DNA of 27,756 nucleotides, taken from assembly GCA_963668645.2 (NCBI GenBank), contig CAXXWC010000016.1:1-27756 (forward strand), in the 5' to 3' direction. Origin of the DNA: Desulfobacterales bacterium (GTDB lineage: Bacteria; Desulfobacterota; Desulfobacteria; Desulfobacterales; UBA2174). Shown one piece after another: positions 19,159-27,756 of this stretch. A model generated the notes under the pieces. It worked only from the letters and a program-made list of their open reading frames with translations, had not been told where the DNA came from and made no database searches. The translations under genes and the position numbers were made by a program. Numbering within the stretch: the first letter of the stretch is position 1; each line of letters starts with the position of its first letter.

Positions 19159-19835
19159 ACTCGCCGGTGGCCAAAGAAGCCATTAAAGGCCGCATTGCCC
19201 GGCGCATCGCGGCTGAATTCTCGGCCCGCAAGGGGCCCCTTTTCATCAACTTGGGCGTCGGCACACCGACCCTGGTGGCAAACTTCATCCAGGGCGATCA
19301 CATCTACCTGCAGGCCGAGAACGGAATGCTCGGCGTAGGGCCCAAGGCCACTGGCGATGCCGTGGACCGGCGTCTGATCAATGCCGGGCGCGAACCGGTC
19401 ACCGAGACGGCCGGATGCAGCTATTTCGACAGCGCCGCTTCCTTCGGCATGATTCGCGGCGGCCATATCGATGCCACGGTTATCGGTGCCTTCGAGGTGG
19501 ACGAGCAGGCCAGCATCGCCAACTGGATTATTCCCAACGGGCGCCAGCTGGGTGTGGGCGGGGCCATGGACCTGGTGGCCGGCGCGCGCCAGGTTGTGGT
19601 GGCCATGCCCCATACGGGCAGCGGCGCAAAGCCCAAACTGGTGCGCCGCTGCACCCTGCCGGTGACCGGATTTCACGAGGCCGATCTGGTGGTGACCGAA
19701 CTGGCCCTCTTCCGTTTTGTGCAAACGCGCATGGTGTTGTGTGAGATCGCACCGGAAATCGATCTGGAAGGCCTCAAGGCCCTGACCGAAGCCCAGTTTG
19801 AGGTGGCCCCGGACCTTAAATCGATGCCGGTTTGA
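19155..19835 (+). CDS. 3-oxoacid CoA-transferase subunit B (AtoA/ScoB/PcaJ family)
   Basis: INLGVGTPT, LQAENG (catalytic Glu), SFGMIRGGHID and GGAMDLV. ATGA overlap with subunit A. Confidence 0.95.
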   Translation: MNSPVAKEAIKGRIARRIAAEFSARKGPLFINLGVGTPTLVANFIQGDHIYLQAENGMLGVGPKATGDAVDRRLINAGREPVTETAGCSYFDSAASFGMIRGGHIDATVIGAFEVDEQASIANWIIPNGRQLGVGGAMDLVAGARQVVVAMPHTGSGAKPKLVRRCTLPVTGFHEADLVVTELALFRFVQTRMVLCEIAPEIDLEGLKALTEAQFEVAPDLKSMPV

Positions 19836-19874
19836 ATCCCGGGTCCGCGTGCAGGCTTGCCGTCAGCCGGACAA

Positions 19875-19940
19875 AACCGGCCATCGGCCGGTTGATAAAA
19901 AATGTTCGCCAGCCGGGCCTGGTTCGGCTGGCGTATATAT
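19875..19940 (+). terminator. Two tandem hairpins downstream of the CoA-transferase operon (possible terminator)
   Basis: AACCGGCC-ATC-GGCCGGTT (19875-19893) and CGCCAGCCG...CGGCTGGCG (19907-19933) followed by TATATAT. There is no canonical U-tract on the + strand. Confidence 0.35.
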
Positions 19941-20120
19941 CCCATAGCCCACCGCTGTTCACCGCTGCCCGATTTTGATCTGCCTTGGGCAAGGCGGATC
20001 CAACCCGGGCCTTGCACCGATTCCCGGAAAACGATAAGGAGGAAGCCTGCCCGCGCCGGTATGCCGCGGTCTGACACTCGACGGGCGGCCCGCAAGGGGC
20101 GCCCCATCGGAGCAAATCCA

Positions 20121-21116
20121 TTGCCGACGCGCATTTCCCAAAAAGAGCGGCTGCAGCGTTTCTACGAACGCTTCAAGTCCGAAGACCAGGTGCTGGTGCT
20201 GATCAATGCCGACCCGGACGCCATCGCCAGCGCCATGGCCGTCAAACGCCTCTTGTGGCGCAAGAGCGCCGGGGTGACCATCGCCTCGATCAACGTGATC
20301 AAGCGGCCGGACAACCTGGCCATGATCCGCCTGCTCGGGGTGCGCCTGGAGCAGATCGAAGCCATTGATCCCAACCGGTTTTCACGTTTCGTGATCGTCG
20401 ATTCCCAGCCCTCACACCACGAACTGTTCGCCCGCTTCCGCTTTGACGTGGTCATCGACCACCATCCGCCCACCCAGACCGAGGCTCTTCTGGTGGACAT
20501 CCGTCCCGAATACGGGGCCACGGCCAGCATTCTGACCGAGTATCTGCGCACCGCCCGCATCAAGCCCTCGGGCAAGCTGGCCACCGGGCTTTTTTATGCC
20601 ATCAAGACCGATACGGACAACTTCAAGCGCAAAGCCATCACCGAGGATATCCGGGCCTTTCAGTACCTTTTCCACCATGCCAACCTGCACCTAGCCCGCA
20701 AGATCGAACAGTCTGAAATGCGCCGCGATTTTTTGCGCTTTTTCAAGACCGCCCTCCAGGAACGGCGTATCCGCAAGGGGCGGGTTTTCGTCCATCTGGG
20801 GCCGGTGCCCACCCCGGACATCCTGGTGCTGATCGCCGATTTTTTCATGCGCGTGGAGGACGTCAACTGGAGTATCGTTTCCGGGCTTTACGACCGCAAG
20901 CTGGTCGTGATCCTGCGCAACGACGGGATCCGCAAGAACGCCGGCAACGTCGTCAAGCAGAGCTTCGGGCAGTATGGCTCGGCCGGCGGGCACCAGAGCG
21001 CGGCGCGGGCCGAGATTCCCCTGAACGAATTGGCCAAGGTGGTCGATCCCAAGGAAAACGGAAAACTCTTCAACTGGATCATCGCCCAGTTGGTCAAAAA
21101 CGCCGGCAAACGCTGA
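20121..21116 (+). CDS. DHH-family phosphoesterase (NrnA-like, DHH + DHHA1)
   Basis: ADPDAIASA, IVDSQ, VIDHHP, IKTDT and SAGGH. The TTG at 20121 follows GGAG; an alternative ATG is at 20061. Confidence 0.88.
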   Translation: MPTRISQKERLQRFYERFKSEDQVLVLINADPDAIASAMAVKRLLWRKSAGVTIASINVIKRPDNLAMIRLLGVRLEQIEAIDPNRFSRFVIVDSQPSHHELFARFRFDVVIDHHPPTQTEALLVDIRPEYGATASILTEYLRTARIKPSGKLATGLFYAIKTDTDNFKRKAITEDIRAFQYLFHHANLHLARKIEQSEMRRDFLRFFKTALQERRIRKGRVFVHLGPVPTPDILVLIADFFMRVEDVNWSIVSGLYDRKLVVILRNDGIRKNAGNVVKQSFGQYGSAGGHQSAARAEIPLNELAKVVDPKENGKLFNWIIAQLVKNAGKR

Positions 21117-21130
21117 CGGGACTGGTTGCC

Positions 21131-21940
21131 ATGACGCTGCGCGCGACGATTCTCGGCTCGGGTACCTGCGTGCCGTCGCTGGAGCGCTCCAGCGCCAGCG
21201 TGCTGGTGGCCTGCGGCCGCGAGCGGATCCTCATCGACATCGGCAGCGGTACCATCCACCGCCTGGTCGCCGCCGGCCAGCCGCTGGCCGAAATTTCGCA
21301 TCTGCTCTTGACCCATTTCCACCCGGACCATACCGGGGATCTGGCCGCTTTTCTCTTTGCCAACAAGTACCCGGGCGGCTGTCAAGGCCGCCGGCGCCTG
21401 ACCCTGATCGGTGGGCCGGGACTCGGGCGTTTTTTCCAGGCGCTCAAGGCCGCCTGGGGAGACTGGATCGACCTGGGAGAGGAGCGCTTTGAACTCGTGG
21501 AGTTGGACGGCCCGGCCGGCATCCGGGCCGGGGAATCCTGCCACCTGCGATCCGCCCCCGTGGCCCACAATCCGGAGAGCCTGGCCTACCGGCTCACGGC
21601 CCTGGACGGCGGGGCCTGCATGGTCTATTCGGGCGACACGGACGAATGTGAGGCTTTGGAGGAGCTGGCAAGAGGGGCGCACCTGTTCATCTGCGAGTCG
21701 GCCCTGCCCGAGGCGTTCAGGGTCCAGGGGCACCTGAGCCCGTTGCGGGCCGGTGGCATTGCAGCCCGGGCCGGGGTGGACCATCTGGTGCTGACCCACC
21801 TTTATCCGGCCTGCCAGAGGGGTGATCCGGCCGCCGAATGCCGCCGCACCTGGAGCGGGCCGCTCACCGTGGCCCGGGATCTGATGGATTTTCAAGTCGT
21901 CCCCGGCAGCCGGGGGGCGCGGGTCGAGCGGGGTTCTTGA
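21131..21940 (+). CDS. MBL-fold metallo-hydrolase, RNase Z/ElaC-like
   Basis: ILGSG, LIDIGSG, THFHPDH, YSGDT, HL and LVLTHLYP. Confidence 0.9.
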   Translation: MTLRATILGSGTCVPSLERSSASVLVACGRERILIDIGSGTIHRLVAAGQPLAEISHLLLTHFHPDHTGDLAAFLFANKYPGGCQGRRRLTLIGGPGLGRFFQALKAAWGDWIDLGEERFELVELDGPAGIRAGESCHLRSAPVAHNPESLAYRLTALDGGACMVYSGDTDECEALEELARGAHLFICESALPEAFRVQGHLSPLRAGGIAARAGVDHLVLTHLYPACQRGDPAAECRRTWSGPLTVARDLMDFQVVPGSRGARVERGS

Positions 21941-22632
21941 TGGACTATTATCCACTCAATCTGGACATTCGCGGGCGCCTTTGCCTGGTGGTGGGCGGCG
22001 GCAAGGTCGCCGCGCGCAAGGTGGGCTCCCTGCTGGCCTGCGAAGCCCGGGTCGCGGTGGTCAGCCCGCACCTTGAAGCGCGACTGCAAGAGCTGGCCCG
22101 GGCCGGCCGGATCGCATGGCAGGCCCGGGAATTTCGCCCTGCGGATCTGGACGGCGTTTTTTTGGTTATCGCCGCCACCGACCGGTCCCCGGTCAACCGG
22201 GCCGTGGCCGATGAAGCCGGCAGGCGGAATATTCTGTGCAACGCCGTCGATCAGCCGCAGGCCGGCATCTTTATCGTCCCGTCGGTGGTGCGCCGCGGAG
22301 ACCTGATGCTCACCGTTTCCACCGCCGGCCGCAGCCCGGCGCTGGCCAAGTACCTGCGAAAAGAACTTGAAGCGCGCTTCGGCAGTGAATATGAGATCCT
22401 TTTGCGTCTTCTGGGCGCCGTGCGCCAGCACCTGCTGGCGGCCGGGCACGATCCCGGGGCCCACCGGGAAGTCTTCGAAGACCTGGTGTGCGCGGACCTG
22501 ATCGAGGCCATCGGCCGCGGCCGATGGATCGAGGTCCGCCAGCGACTGCGCACCATTTTGGGAAGCGCTTACGACGAAAGCCTGCTTGCGGCGGCCGGTG
22601 CACCGCACGACGCCGTGAATCGGCCAGGGTGA
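21940..22632 (+). CDS. sirC: Precorrin-2 dehydrogenase / sirohydrochlorin ferrochelatase (SirC/CysG N-terminal type)
   Basis: YYPLNL, LVVGGGKVAARK, LVIAATD, NAVDQP and STAGRSPALAK. TGATG overlap with the upstream gene. Confidence 0.9.
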   Translation: MDYYPLNLDIRGRLCLVVGGGKVAARKVGSLLACEARVAVVSPHLEARLQELARAGRIAWQAREFRPADLDGVFLVIAATDRSPVNRAVADEAGRRNILCNAVDQPQAGIFIVPSVVRRGDLMLTVSTAGRSPALAKYLRKELEARFGSEYEILLRLLGAVRQHLLAAGHDPGAHREVFEDLVCADLIEAIGRGRWIEVRQRLRTILGSAYDESLLAAAGAPHDAVNRPG

Positions 22633-23459
22633 TGCCCATGCACGTTGTGCTTCTGACAACCATCGCGCTTTACCTGGCCAGCACGGCCGGTTACATCGCC
22701 TTTCTCATTTTCCAGCGCGGATTGTTGCAGCGCATCGCCCGCGGGTTGCTGGCGCTCGGATTCGTCGCCCACACCCTGGTCATGATCGGCGCCGGCCTTG
22801 ACGCGGGCCACCTGCCGGTCAACGACCTGCACGGCACCCTGATCGTGGCCGGTTGGGCCGTGGTGGGCGCCTTTTGGGCCTTGCACCTGCGCTACCGTCT
22901 CGACGTGGTGGGGGTATTTGCCGCCCCGCTGGCCCTGGTGATCATGATCGCAGCGGCCCACCTGCCCAGCGCTCCGGCTGCCAACAAGGCCCTGTTCAAC
23001 AATTTTTGGCTCGTGAGCCATATCGTGGCGGTTTTCCTCGGAGAGGCGGCCCTGGCCCTGGCCTGCGGCCTCGGAGTCCTCTACCTGCTCCAGGAGCATG
23101 GAATCAAAGCCAAAAGCCACGGTTTTTTCTACCGGCGCCTGCCCAGCCTCGGCCTGATGGATGCGGCGGGCTACGGATGCATCGCAACCGGCTTCGTACT
23201 GCTCACGGTGGGCCTGGTGACCGGTTTCGCATATGCCCATGCCGTCTGGGGACGCTTCTGGCGGGCCGATCCCAAGGAGATCTGGTCCGTGATCACCTGG
23301 CTTCTCTACGCCGCCTTGCTGCACCAGCGGCTGACCGTGGGTTGGCGCGGGCGCAAATCGGCGGTGATGGCCATCGTCGGGTTCGCCGCCTTGCTGTTTA
23401 CCTTTTTGGGCGTCAACCTTTTACTCAAGGGACACCACGGTGTCTTTACCGGATTGTGA
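22632..23459 (+). CDS. ccsA: Cytochrome c biogenesis protein CcsA/HemX family
   Basis: Multi-TM protein with WLVSHI, the Trp-rich WGRFWRADPKEIWSVITWLLY motif and GWRGRK. TGATG overlap with sirC. Confidence 0.9.
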   Translation: MPMHVVLLTTIALYLASTAGYIAFLIFQRGLLQRIARGLLALGFVAHTLVMIGAGLDAGHLPVNDLHGTLIVAGWAVVGAFWALHLRYRLDVVGVFAAPLALVIMIAAAHLPSAPAANKALFNNFWLVSHIVAVFLGEAALALACGLGVLYLLQEHGIKAKSHGFFYRRLPSLGLMDAAGYGCIATGFVLLTVGLVTGFAYAHAVWGRFWRADPKEIWSVITWLLYAALLHQRLTVGWRGRKSAVMAIVGFAALLFTFLGVNLLLKGHHGVFTGL

Positions 23460-23462
23460 CCC

Positions 23463-24766
23463 ATGACCGGCCGGCGCTCCGAATCAGTGATTGGCAAACC
23501 GCATATCCTGCTGTTGGGCCTCAATCACAAGACCGCTTCGGTGGAAGTGCGCGAGTGCCTGGCCTTTGGCGCCGATGAAATCGAGGTGGCCCTGGAGAGC
23601 CTCGGCCTCTGCCCTGCGGTGGGCGAAGCGCTGCTGGTGTCCACCTGCAACCGGGTCGAAGTGCTCGTCACCACGGATGATCCCCAGGCCGCAATCGTTC
23701 AGGTCAAGGCGTTTATCGCCGATTTCAAACATCAGCCGGTGGCCGCCTATGACAGCGTCTTTTACTGCCATCTGGACGAGGAGGCGGTGCGCCACCTGTT
23801 CCGGGTGGCATCCAGCCTCGATTCCATGGTGGTGGGCGAACCCCAGATCCTCGGACAGATCAAGACGGCCTATTTGGCCGCCACCCGCTGCAAGTCCTCC
23901 GGGGTGATCCTCAACCGGTTGCTGCACCGTACTTTTTTCGTGGCCAAGCGGATCCGCACCGAAACCGGAATCGGCGACCATGCCGTGTCGATCAGTTACG
24001 CGGCCATCGAACTGACCCGCAAGATCTTCGGCACCCTCGAGGGACGCAAGGTGCTGCTCATCGGGGCCGGCGAGATGGCCGAGCTGGCCGTCGAACATCT
24101 TATCCGCCAGCGGGTCGAAGACGTTCTGGTGGCCAATCGGACCTTTTCCCGCGGGGCTGAGCTGGCTGCGCGCTTCGGGGGCCAGGCCGTCCGCTACGAG
24201 GAGATCGACTCCAGCCTGGTTCAGGTGGATATCATCATCAGTTCCACCGGGGCCCCGGGATTCGTCGTCGAACGCGATACGGTGCGCCCCATTATGCGCC
24301 AGCGGCGCAACCGGCCCCTGTTTTTCATCGACATCGCCGTGCCCCGGGACATCGATCCGCGCATCAACCGCCTGTCCAATGTCTATGTCTACGACATCGA
24401 CGATCTCAAGGGGGTGGTGGACGAAAACATCGAAGACCGCCGGCGCGAGGCGCTCAAGGCGGAACGGATGGTGGACGAAGCCGTACTGTGCTTCGGCCAA
24501 TGGCTCGAAAGTCTCGGTGTGGTACCCACCATCGTCGCCTTGCGCCGCAAGCTAGAGGCCATTGCCGAGGGGGAGATCGAAAAGACCCTCCATGGGCTGA
24601 GCCGTGCGGACAGCCCCGATGCGGAGGCCCTGAGGCGCATGACCGGGGCCATGATCAACAAGATCCTGCACGACCCCACCATGCTGCTCAAAAGCGACAC
24701 GTTCCATGGGACCGCTCGCAGCTCATCGATCTGACCCGGCGCCTCTTCAATCTCGACGACCCCTGA
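23463..24766 (+). CDS. hemA: Glutamyl-tRNA reductase (apparent 1-nt deletion near the 3' end)
   Basis: GLNHKTA..RE, STCNRVE, SSLDSMVVGEPQILGQ, IGAGEM and DIAVPRD. As sequenced it stops at 24734. One more G at 24708-24710 restores ...RRLFNLDDP-stop at 24766. Confidence 0.96.
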
Positions 24767-24781
24767 GGCGGTTTTCGGTCC

Positions 24782-24810
24782 TTGTCAAATTGAGGGGCGA
24801 TGACTAATTT
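24782..24810 (+). promoter_or_regulatory. Candidate sigma70 promoter for dksA
   Basis: TTGTCA-17 nt-TAATTT in an AT-rich intergenic stretch. Confidence 0.45.
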
Positions 24811-24891
24811 TATCTCTTTACATGTTGGTAGGCTTGTGCTAGGGCTACTTTTTTAATTAAATCGAGGACTCGGACAGAGGTGGGGCCCACG

Positions 24892-25254
24892 ATGAAAAAA
24901 AAAGACCTCGAATACTTTAAAGCACTGCTCGAAAACCAGCTTCAGGAACTGCTGAATCAGGCGGACAACACCGTTTCGGGCATGACGGTTCCCAAGGAGA
25001 ATTTTCCCGATCCCACGGACCGGGCCTCCCTGGAAGCGGACCGCAACTTCATGCTGCGGATTCGGGACCGTGAACACAAGCTGATCAAAAAAATCAAGCT
25101 TGCCCTGGAGCGGATCGAAAACGGCACCTTCGGCATCTGCGATACCTGCGGTGAAGAGATCAGCGTGGCCCGGCTCAAGGCCAGGCCGGTAACAACGCAG
25201 TGCATCGACTGCAAGACCAAGGAGGAGGCGCTGGAAAAGGCTCTGGGAATCTGA
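24892..25254 (+). CDS. dksA: RNA polymerase-binding protein DksA
   Basis: DPTDRA (DxxDxA coiled-coil tip), RIRDREHKLIKKI and a C4 zinc finger (CDTC...CIDC). Confidence 0.96.
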   Translation: MKKKDLEYFKALLENQLQELLNQADNTVSGMTVPKENFPDPTDRASLEADRNFMLRIRDREHKLIKKIKLALERIENGTFGICDTCGEEISVARLKARPVTTQCIDCKTKEEALEKALGI

Positions 25255-25261
25255 TCGTCCT

Positions 25262-26141
25262 GTGGGGATCGACCTTCACATCCATTCCACGGCCTCGGAC
25301 GGCACCCTGACCCCCGCCGAAATCCTGGCGGCGGCGCGCCGAATCGGGCTCGCCGCTATCGCGTTGACCGATCACGACACCGTCGAAGGCGTGCGCCGGC
25401 TTCTGGCCGCGCCCATTCCCGATGATATCCAGGTTCTGCCCGGCGTTGAAATCAGTGCTGCCCCACCGGCCGCCTGCCCCCGCCAGGGCAGCTTTCATAT
25501 CCTCGGCTACGGCCTGGATATAGACCATCGTGAACTGAACGATACCCTTGCCCGGCTGCAAAACGCGCGCCAGGACCGCAACCCGGCCATCATCGCACGC
25601 CTCAACGCCATGGGGCTGGCGGTGGACCTGGCGGAAGCAGAAGCCCTGGCCGATGGGGGCCATACGCTTGGAAGGCCCCACATCGCCCGGGTGCTGTTGC
25701 AAAAAGGGTACGTCGCCAGCATCCAACGAGGCCTTTGACCGCTACCTTGGGCACGGCCGGCCGGCATATGTGGACAAGTTTCGTATCGGCTGCGCCGAAG
25801 CCATGGCGTTGATCCTGCGCGCGGGCGGCCTGCCGGTCCTGGCCCATCCGGGGGTGAGCATCCCGACCGAAGTCGATTTCGCGGCCGTACTCGATTCCCT
25901 GATCCCTTTGGGGCTGGCCGGCATCGAGGTCTATTACCCGGAGCACGATCCGGAGCAGACCCGCTGCTATGCCGCCGCCGCCCGGCGCTGCGGCATGCTC
26001 ATGACCGGTGGCAGCGATTTTCACGGAGACGGCAAGCCGCAGATCGCCATGGGCAGGGGCAGCGGGAACCTCGAGATCCCCTTCGAACTTTACCGGGATC
26101 TGGCGGCGGCCCTGGCGGCCCATCGCGGCCCTTCACGCTGA
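25262..26141 (+). CDS. PHP-domain phosphoesterase/nuclease (TrpH/YciV family); apparent 1-nt insertion
   Basis: DLHIHSTASDG, TDHDT, GVEIS, HILGY and GRPHIA, then a frame switch at about 25724 to EAFDRYL, LAHPG and TGGSDFHG. Confidence 0.9.
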
Positions 26142-26223
26142 GGCGGCCGGAAAACAGCGCCCGGCGCCTTGCCGGCCTGGCGGTGGGCCGTTTCGGAACT
26201 GCCTGGAATCACGCATAATCATC

Positions 26224-26946
26224 ATGACCACACAGACATTGCATACACTTCAAGACCGGCTCGGCTATCGCTTCCGGCAACCGGCCCTGCTTTGCGAAGC
26301 GCTGCGCCACAGCAGCTTTGTCAACGAACAGGGCGATCCTTCCCTGAAAGACAACGAACGGCTCGAATTTCTCGGCGATGCCGTGCTGAACCTTCTCGTC
26401 AGCCTGATGCTCATGGAGCGCTATCCGGCCCGCCCGGAAGGAGAGCTGTCGCGAATGCGGGCCAATCTGGTCAACGAACGCCAACTGGCCCGCATCGCCG
26501 GTGCCCTGGCCCTGGGCGACTGGCTTTCATTGGGCAAGGGAGAGGCCCAGGACAGCGGGTATCGTAAAAAGTCGATCCTCGCCGATGCCCTGGAGGCCAT
26601 GGTGGCCGCCGTATTTTTGGACGGCGGCTACAAGGCCGCCGAACGCATGGTGCGCCGCCACTTTGACGAACCCGTGGAGCGCATCTGCCGCCCCGAGGTC
26701 GACCGGGACCACAAGTCGCGGCTGCAGGAGCTGGTCCAGGCGACGCATAAGAAGGTGCCCCAATATCGTATCCTGGGGGCCAGCGGGGCCGGATCATGCC
26801 AAAATCTTCGAAGTCGAATTGCGTATCGACGATCTGGTCACCCGCGGCCTGGGCAAGAACAAGAAGTCCGCCGAGCAGGACGCCGCGCGGCAGGCCCTGG
26901 CCCTACTGATGCCCGAAGAGGACGCGTTGAACACGCGCCGCCTTAA
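26224..26946 (+). CDS. rnc: Ribonuclease III; apparent 1-nt insertion in the dsRBD and uncertain 3' end
   Basis: ALRHSS, NERLEFLGDAVL, ADALEA and KSRLQE. After the G4 run at 26785-26788 the dsRBD continues in the +1 frame (GPDHAKIF...GKNKKSAEQDAA). Confidence 0.95.
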   Translation: MTTQTLHTLQDRLGYRFRQPALLCEALRHSSFVNEQGDPSLKDNERLEFLGDAVLNLLVSLMLMERYPARPEGELSRMRANLVNERQLARIAGALALGDWLSLGKGEAQDSGYRKKSILADALEAMVAAVFLDGGYKAAERMVRRHFDEPVERICRPEVDRDHKSRLQELVQATHKKVPQYRILGASGAGSCQNLRSRIAYRRSGHPRPGQEQEVRRAGRRAAGPGPTDARRGRVEHAPP

Positions 26947-26947
26947 C

Positions 26948-27756
26948 GTGACCGGTTCCGGGGCATCGACTCCGGCTTCCAGCGTGATCCCCGTCACACT
27001 GCCCCACGATCCCGCCCCGCTGCGCGGCCGCAGGCCGCGCATTGTGCCCGTTTTCCTGCCCCATGCCGGATGCCCGCACCGCTGCGTCTTTTGCAATCAA
27101 CACGCCATCACCCGGCAGCAGGCCGGTGCCCCCCTGCCGGACCCCCGGACGGTGGTCACCCGGTGGCTCGGTAGACGTCCCCAAGACCCGGTCAACGTCC
27201 AGCTCGCCTTTTATGGTGGTAATTTTCTCGGCCTGGCCCGAGAGCACCTGGCATCACTGCTCGATGCGGCCCGGCACCTCATGGCAGAAGGGTGGATCGG
27301 GGCCCTGCGGTTTTCCACCCGTCCGGACACCGTCGATGACCGGCGCCTGGCCCTGCTGGCCGGGATGCCCGTTGCGGCGGTGGAATTGGGCGTCCAGTCG
27401 ATGGACGATGCCGTGCTTGGATTAAGCCGCCGGGGGCACACGGCGGCCCAGACCGAGGTTGCCAGTGAACTTTTAAAAGCCGCCGGCTACAAGGTGGGCA
27501 TGCAGATGATGATCGGCCTTCCCGGTCAAGGGGCTTCCAGCGCCATGGCTTCCGGGGACCGCATCGTCCGGCTGGCACCGGATTTCGTGCGCATCTATCC
27601 CTGCCTGGTCCTGGCGATACGCCTCTGGCCGCCTCTTACGGCAGCGGCTTTACCATCCCTGGCGCTGGATTGCGCCGTGGACCTCACCCAACGCTCTGGC
27701 GGCTTTTCGCCCGCCGGGGGATTCCGGTGATCCGCATGGGCCTGCAGGCTTCCCCC
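26948..27756 (+). CDS. Radical SAM protein (Elp3/YhcC-related); runs off the right edge, frameshifted near the end and possibly fused to rnc
   Basis: IVPVFLPHAGCPHRCVFCNQ (CxxxCxxC), AFYGGNF, STRPD, VELGVQS and RIYP. GIPVIRMGLQAS appears in another frame from about 27718. The start is uncertain. Confidence 0.88.

Noticed and set aside
26761..26800. Programmed ribosomal frameshifting in rnc (or in hemA/PHP)
   Set aside because: There is no canonical slippery heptamer with a downstream structure, and neighbouring genes show the same scattered indels, so sequencing error is simpler.

Overview
GC-rich bacterial window whose gene content and order (sirC-ccsA-hemA, dksA, sigma54 activator) resemble Desulfobacterota/deltaproteobacteria; the taxon is inferred. 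It has three blocks. (1) 1-6245 is part of an aryl-polyene/xanthomonadin-like lipid locus: DAK2/FakA-like kinase, hot-dog thioesterase, an MMPL exporter fused to a SAM methyltransferase, an orphan SPASM-domain remnant and an AMP-ligase. (2) 6263-19835 is a sigma54-controlled catabolic module. Its leftward operon encodes a class III aminotransferase, a P5CDH-like aldehyde dehydrogenase, a HAAT/Liv-type ABC importer, a thiolase with a QEAF motif and an EVE protein. A central enhancer-binding protein separates this from a rightward two-subunit CoA transferase. Both operons have a clean -24/-12 promoter with a 9-bp tandem repeat 107-108 nt upstream. (3) 20121-27756 is housekeeping: DHH, MBL hydrolase, sirC, ccsA, hemA, dksA, PHP, rnc and a radical SAM gene. 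After one indel correction, rnc reads in frame into the radical SAM gene. Single-base frameshifts cluster at both window ends, mostly in short homopolymers, and look like long-read assembly errors. No rRNA, tRNA, CRISPR array or mobile element was recognised.
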